Shown piece by piece: positions 62,500-64,000 of a stretch of DNA of 64,000 bases (the stretch's first letter is position 1; each line of letters begins with the position of its first letter). The stretch comes from Raillietiella orientalis (lineage: Eukaryota): the NCBI GenBank assembly GCA_036172245.1, contig JAYWIR010000015.1:3782001-3846000 (forward strand). Direction: 5' to 3'. The translations under genes and the position numbers were made by a program. The notes below the pieces were generated by a model. The model saw nothing but the letters and a program-made list of their open reading frames with translations, was not told the origin of the DNA and ran no database searches.

Positions 62500-64000
62500 T
62501 AGCGAAGTACCCACCTTTAATGCGACTGGGGCTGGGAGTGCTCTCTTTCATCTCTGGAAAGCCTCACTTTCTTTCCTCCTTCGTCACTTCTGCCTGCAAG
62601 GGAGGAAGGATACGTCCTGAGAGGAAGAATACGTTCCTGGAACCAGATACTTCTCAAGAACGACGCTCCCCCTGTGGCAGCAGCGTCTTCCCGCTGCACG
62701 CTCGGTTCAGTTCCATCCCGAGTTTCGTGCGGTCACACCTGGATTCGTTACTCCGTTCCCACGAGGCCTTCCGTCCTGAAGAAGACTTCTTCCTGGAGGA
62801 CTGCTGTACAAGCGAAGAACTCGCTGCCGGCTCTCTCCGGAAGCCAAGGAGACCTGGAGTGGAGCCGCCTTTGAGACCTGAACTCGCCCTGAGGGAAAGG
62901 AACCCTTCTATGATAGGGGAACTGCGAGCGCAACTCCGCGCATGCCGCTCGTTCGAAAGTCCACCAGCACAGCGTTCAAGAAGGTGCGTCAACGGCAGTA
63001 GAAAAAATACGGGGACTCCCGTATTGTTTCTTCTCCTCGCCCTCTCTCCAAGAAACCCAAGGGTGCGATCATTGGAACTTTGGGATCTGGAAAGCCACGG
63101 TGTGCCGGAAGAGCTGGAAATTCCAAGGTGCGCAAAAACCGCTCAAGGGGAGGAGTTCGGCCCAGTCGGGGCATCTACCGGGCGCGTCGAAATAGGGCAG
63201 TCTCCGAACGATCCAGCACAGAGTGGAGTCTCCCGAAAAAGTACACAAAGTTTCAGACCCCGAGCGACGGCAAAGCTGAAACGGTTCCAGGGCTGCCATG
63301 GTGGAAAATCTGTGCTGTACCAGAGGCCAGCGGTTGGAGCCACGGAAGTTCACTGGGAAGCGACCGGTCGGCTTTTCGGTCCTCTTTGTAGTTTTTGACT
63401 CGTGAAGGATTCGGATGCATGTCGGAAGAGAATGATCTGAAAGGATATCGTGGCCTCTTACCGGCCCATTCGTGGATCGGTGTCGCATCTGGTGCTTCAG
63501 ATTAAAGAGTGGATGTGTAACCACACTGGACTTGGCCGGCCTCTTCGATCATTCGGTGACGAAGCTCCAGGAGAGTCGAGTCAGCGGAAGAGAAGCAAAT
63601 GACGAAGACTGGCTCTCCACTTCATCTCCAGAGTCCAATGGGATCGCTCTTCGTGGAGAGCACTTGGGATCGTGGGAAGCATGCTGAAATCCCTGGACTA
63701 TAGGGAAAATAGACGGTGCTCTCGAACATCAAGCGGTCCCAGGGCTCACTCCGGAAGCACTCACTGGACCTCTGGCTGCGATGAAGGTTGAGAGTACCGC
63801 AGTTTCGTCCGGAGGATGACGTGAAGGACATCCTGGCCTCTGAGATGGTGGGGGTCCATCCATCATTTGCCTCCTCCCCTCCAGCATGACTTGTGTGTAA
63901 AGAGATGTAAGTAAGGATCCGTGCTGCAGGATCGGAAAAAAGAGAGCGAATGGCGTTGAATGAAAGGTCCTGGATGGTGATCGCGTCGAGGCTGAGGGTT
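62500..64000 (-). mobile_element. Decayed I-type LINE (RT end, post-RT, possible RNase H)
   Basis: VLPE*ALGPL (GVPQGSxLGP), ARGLKLCVLFRETP (GLRxxxGAFRTSP), weak RNase H-like traces at 62550-62950. Confidence 0.5.

Overview
Eukaryotic genomic DNA, very probably arthropod (inferred from a Beat-family gene and the TE mix). It is gene-poor and dominated by decayed transposable elements; nearly all entries in the six-frame ORF track are spurious or TE fragments. One host gene is supported: a + strand Beaten-path (Beat)-like immunoglobulin-superfamily gene with three phase-compatible GT-AG exons (50035-50240, 50288-50423, 60847-60980). It continues past the window, and a candidate signal-peptide exon lies at 44464-44503. 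Around and inside it are frameshifted remnants of L1/Tx1-, CR1/L2- and I-type LINEs, a NeSL/Utopia-like RLE retrotransposon, Ty3/Gypsy pol segments and a mariner transposase. The most distinctive element is a long (~740-760 bp) tRNA-headed SINE-like repeat present eight times. It has a duplicated B-box/T-arm, a conserved core, an internal ~41-bp repeat array rich in CCTTCGG motifs and a decayed A-rich tail. All TE calls come from reading motifs by eye across frameshifts; boundaries are approximate and no database search was run.
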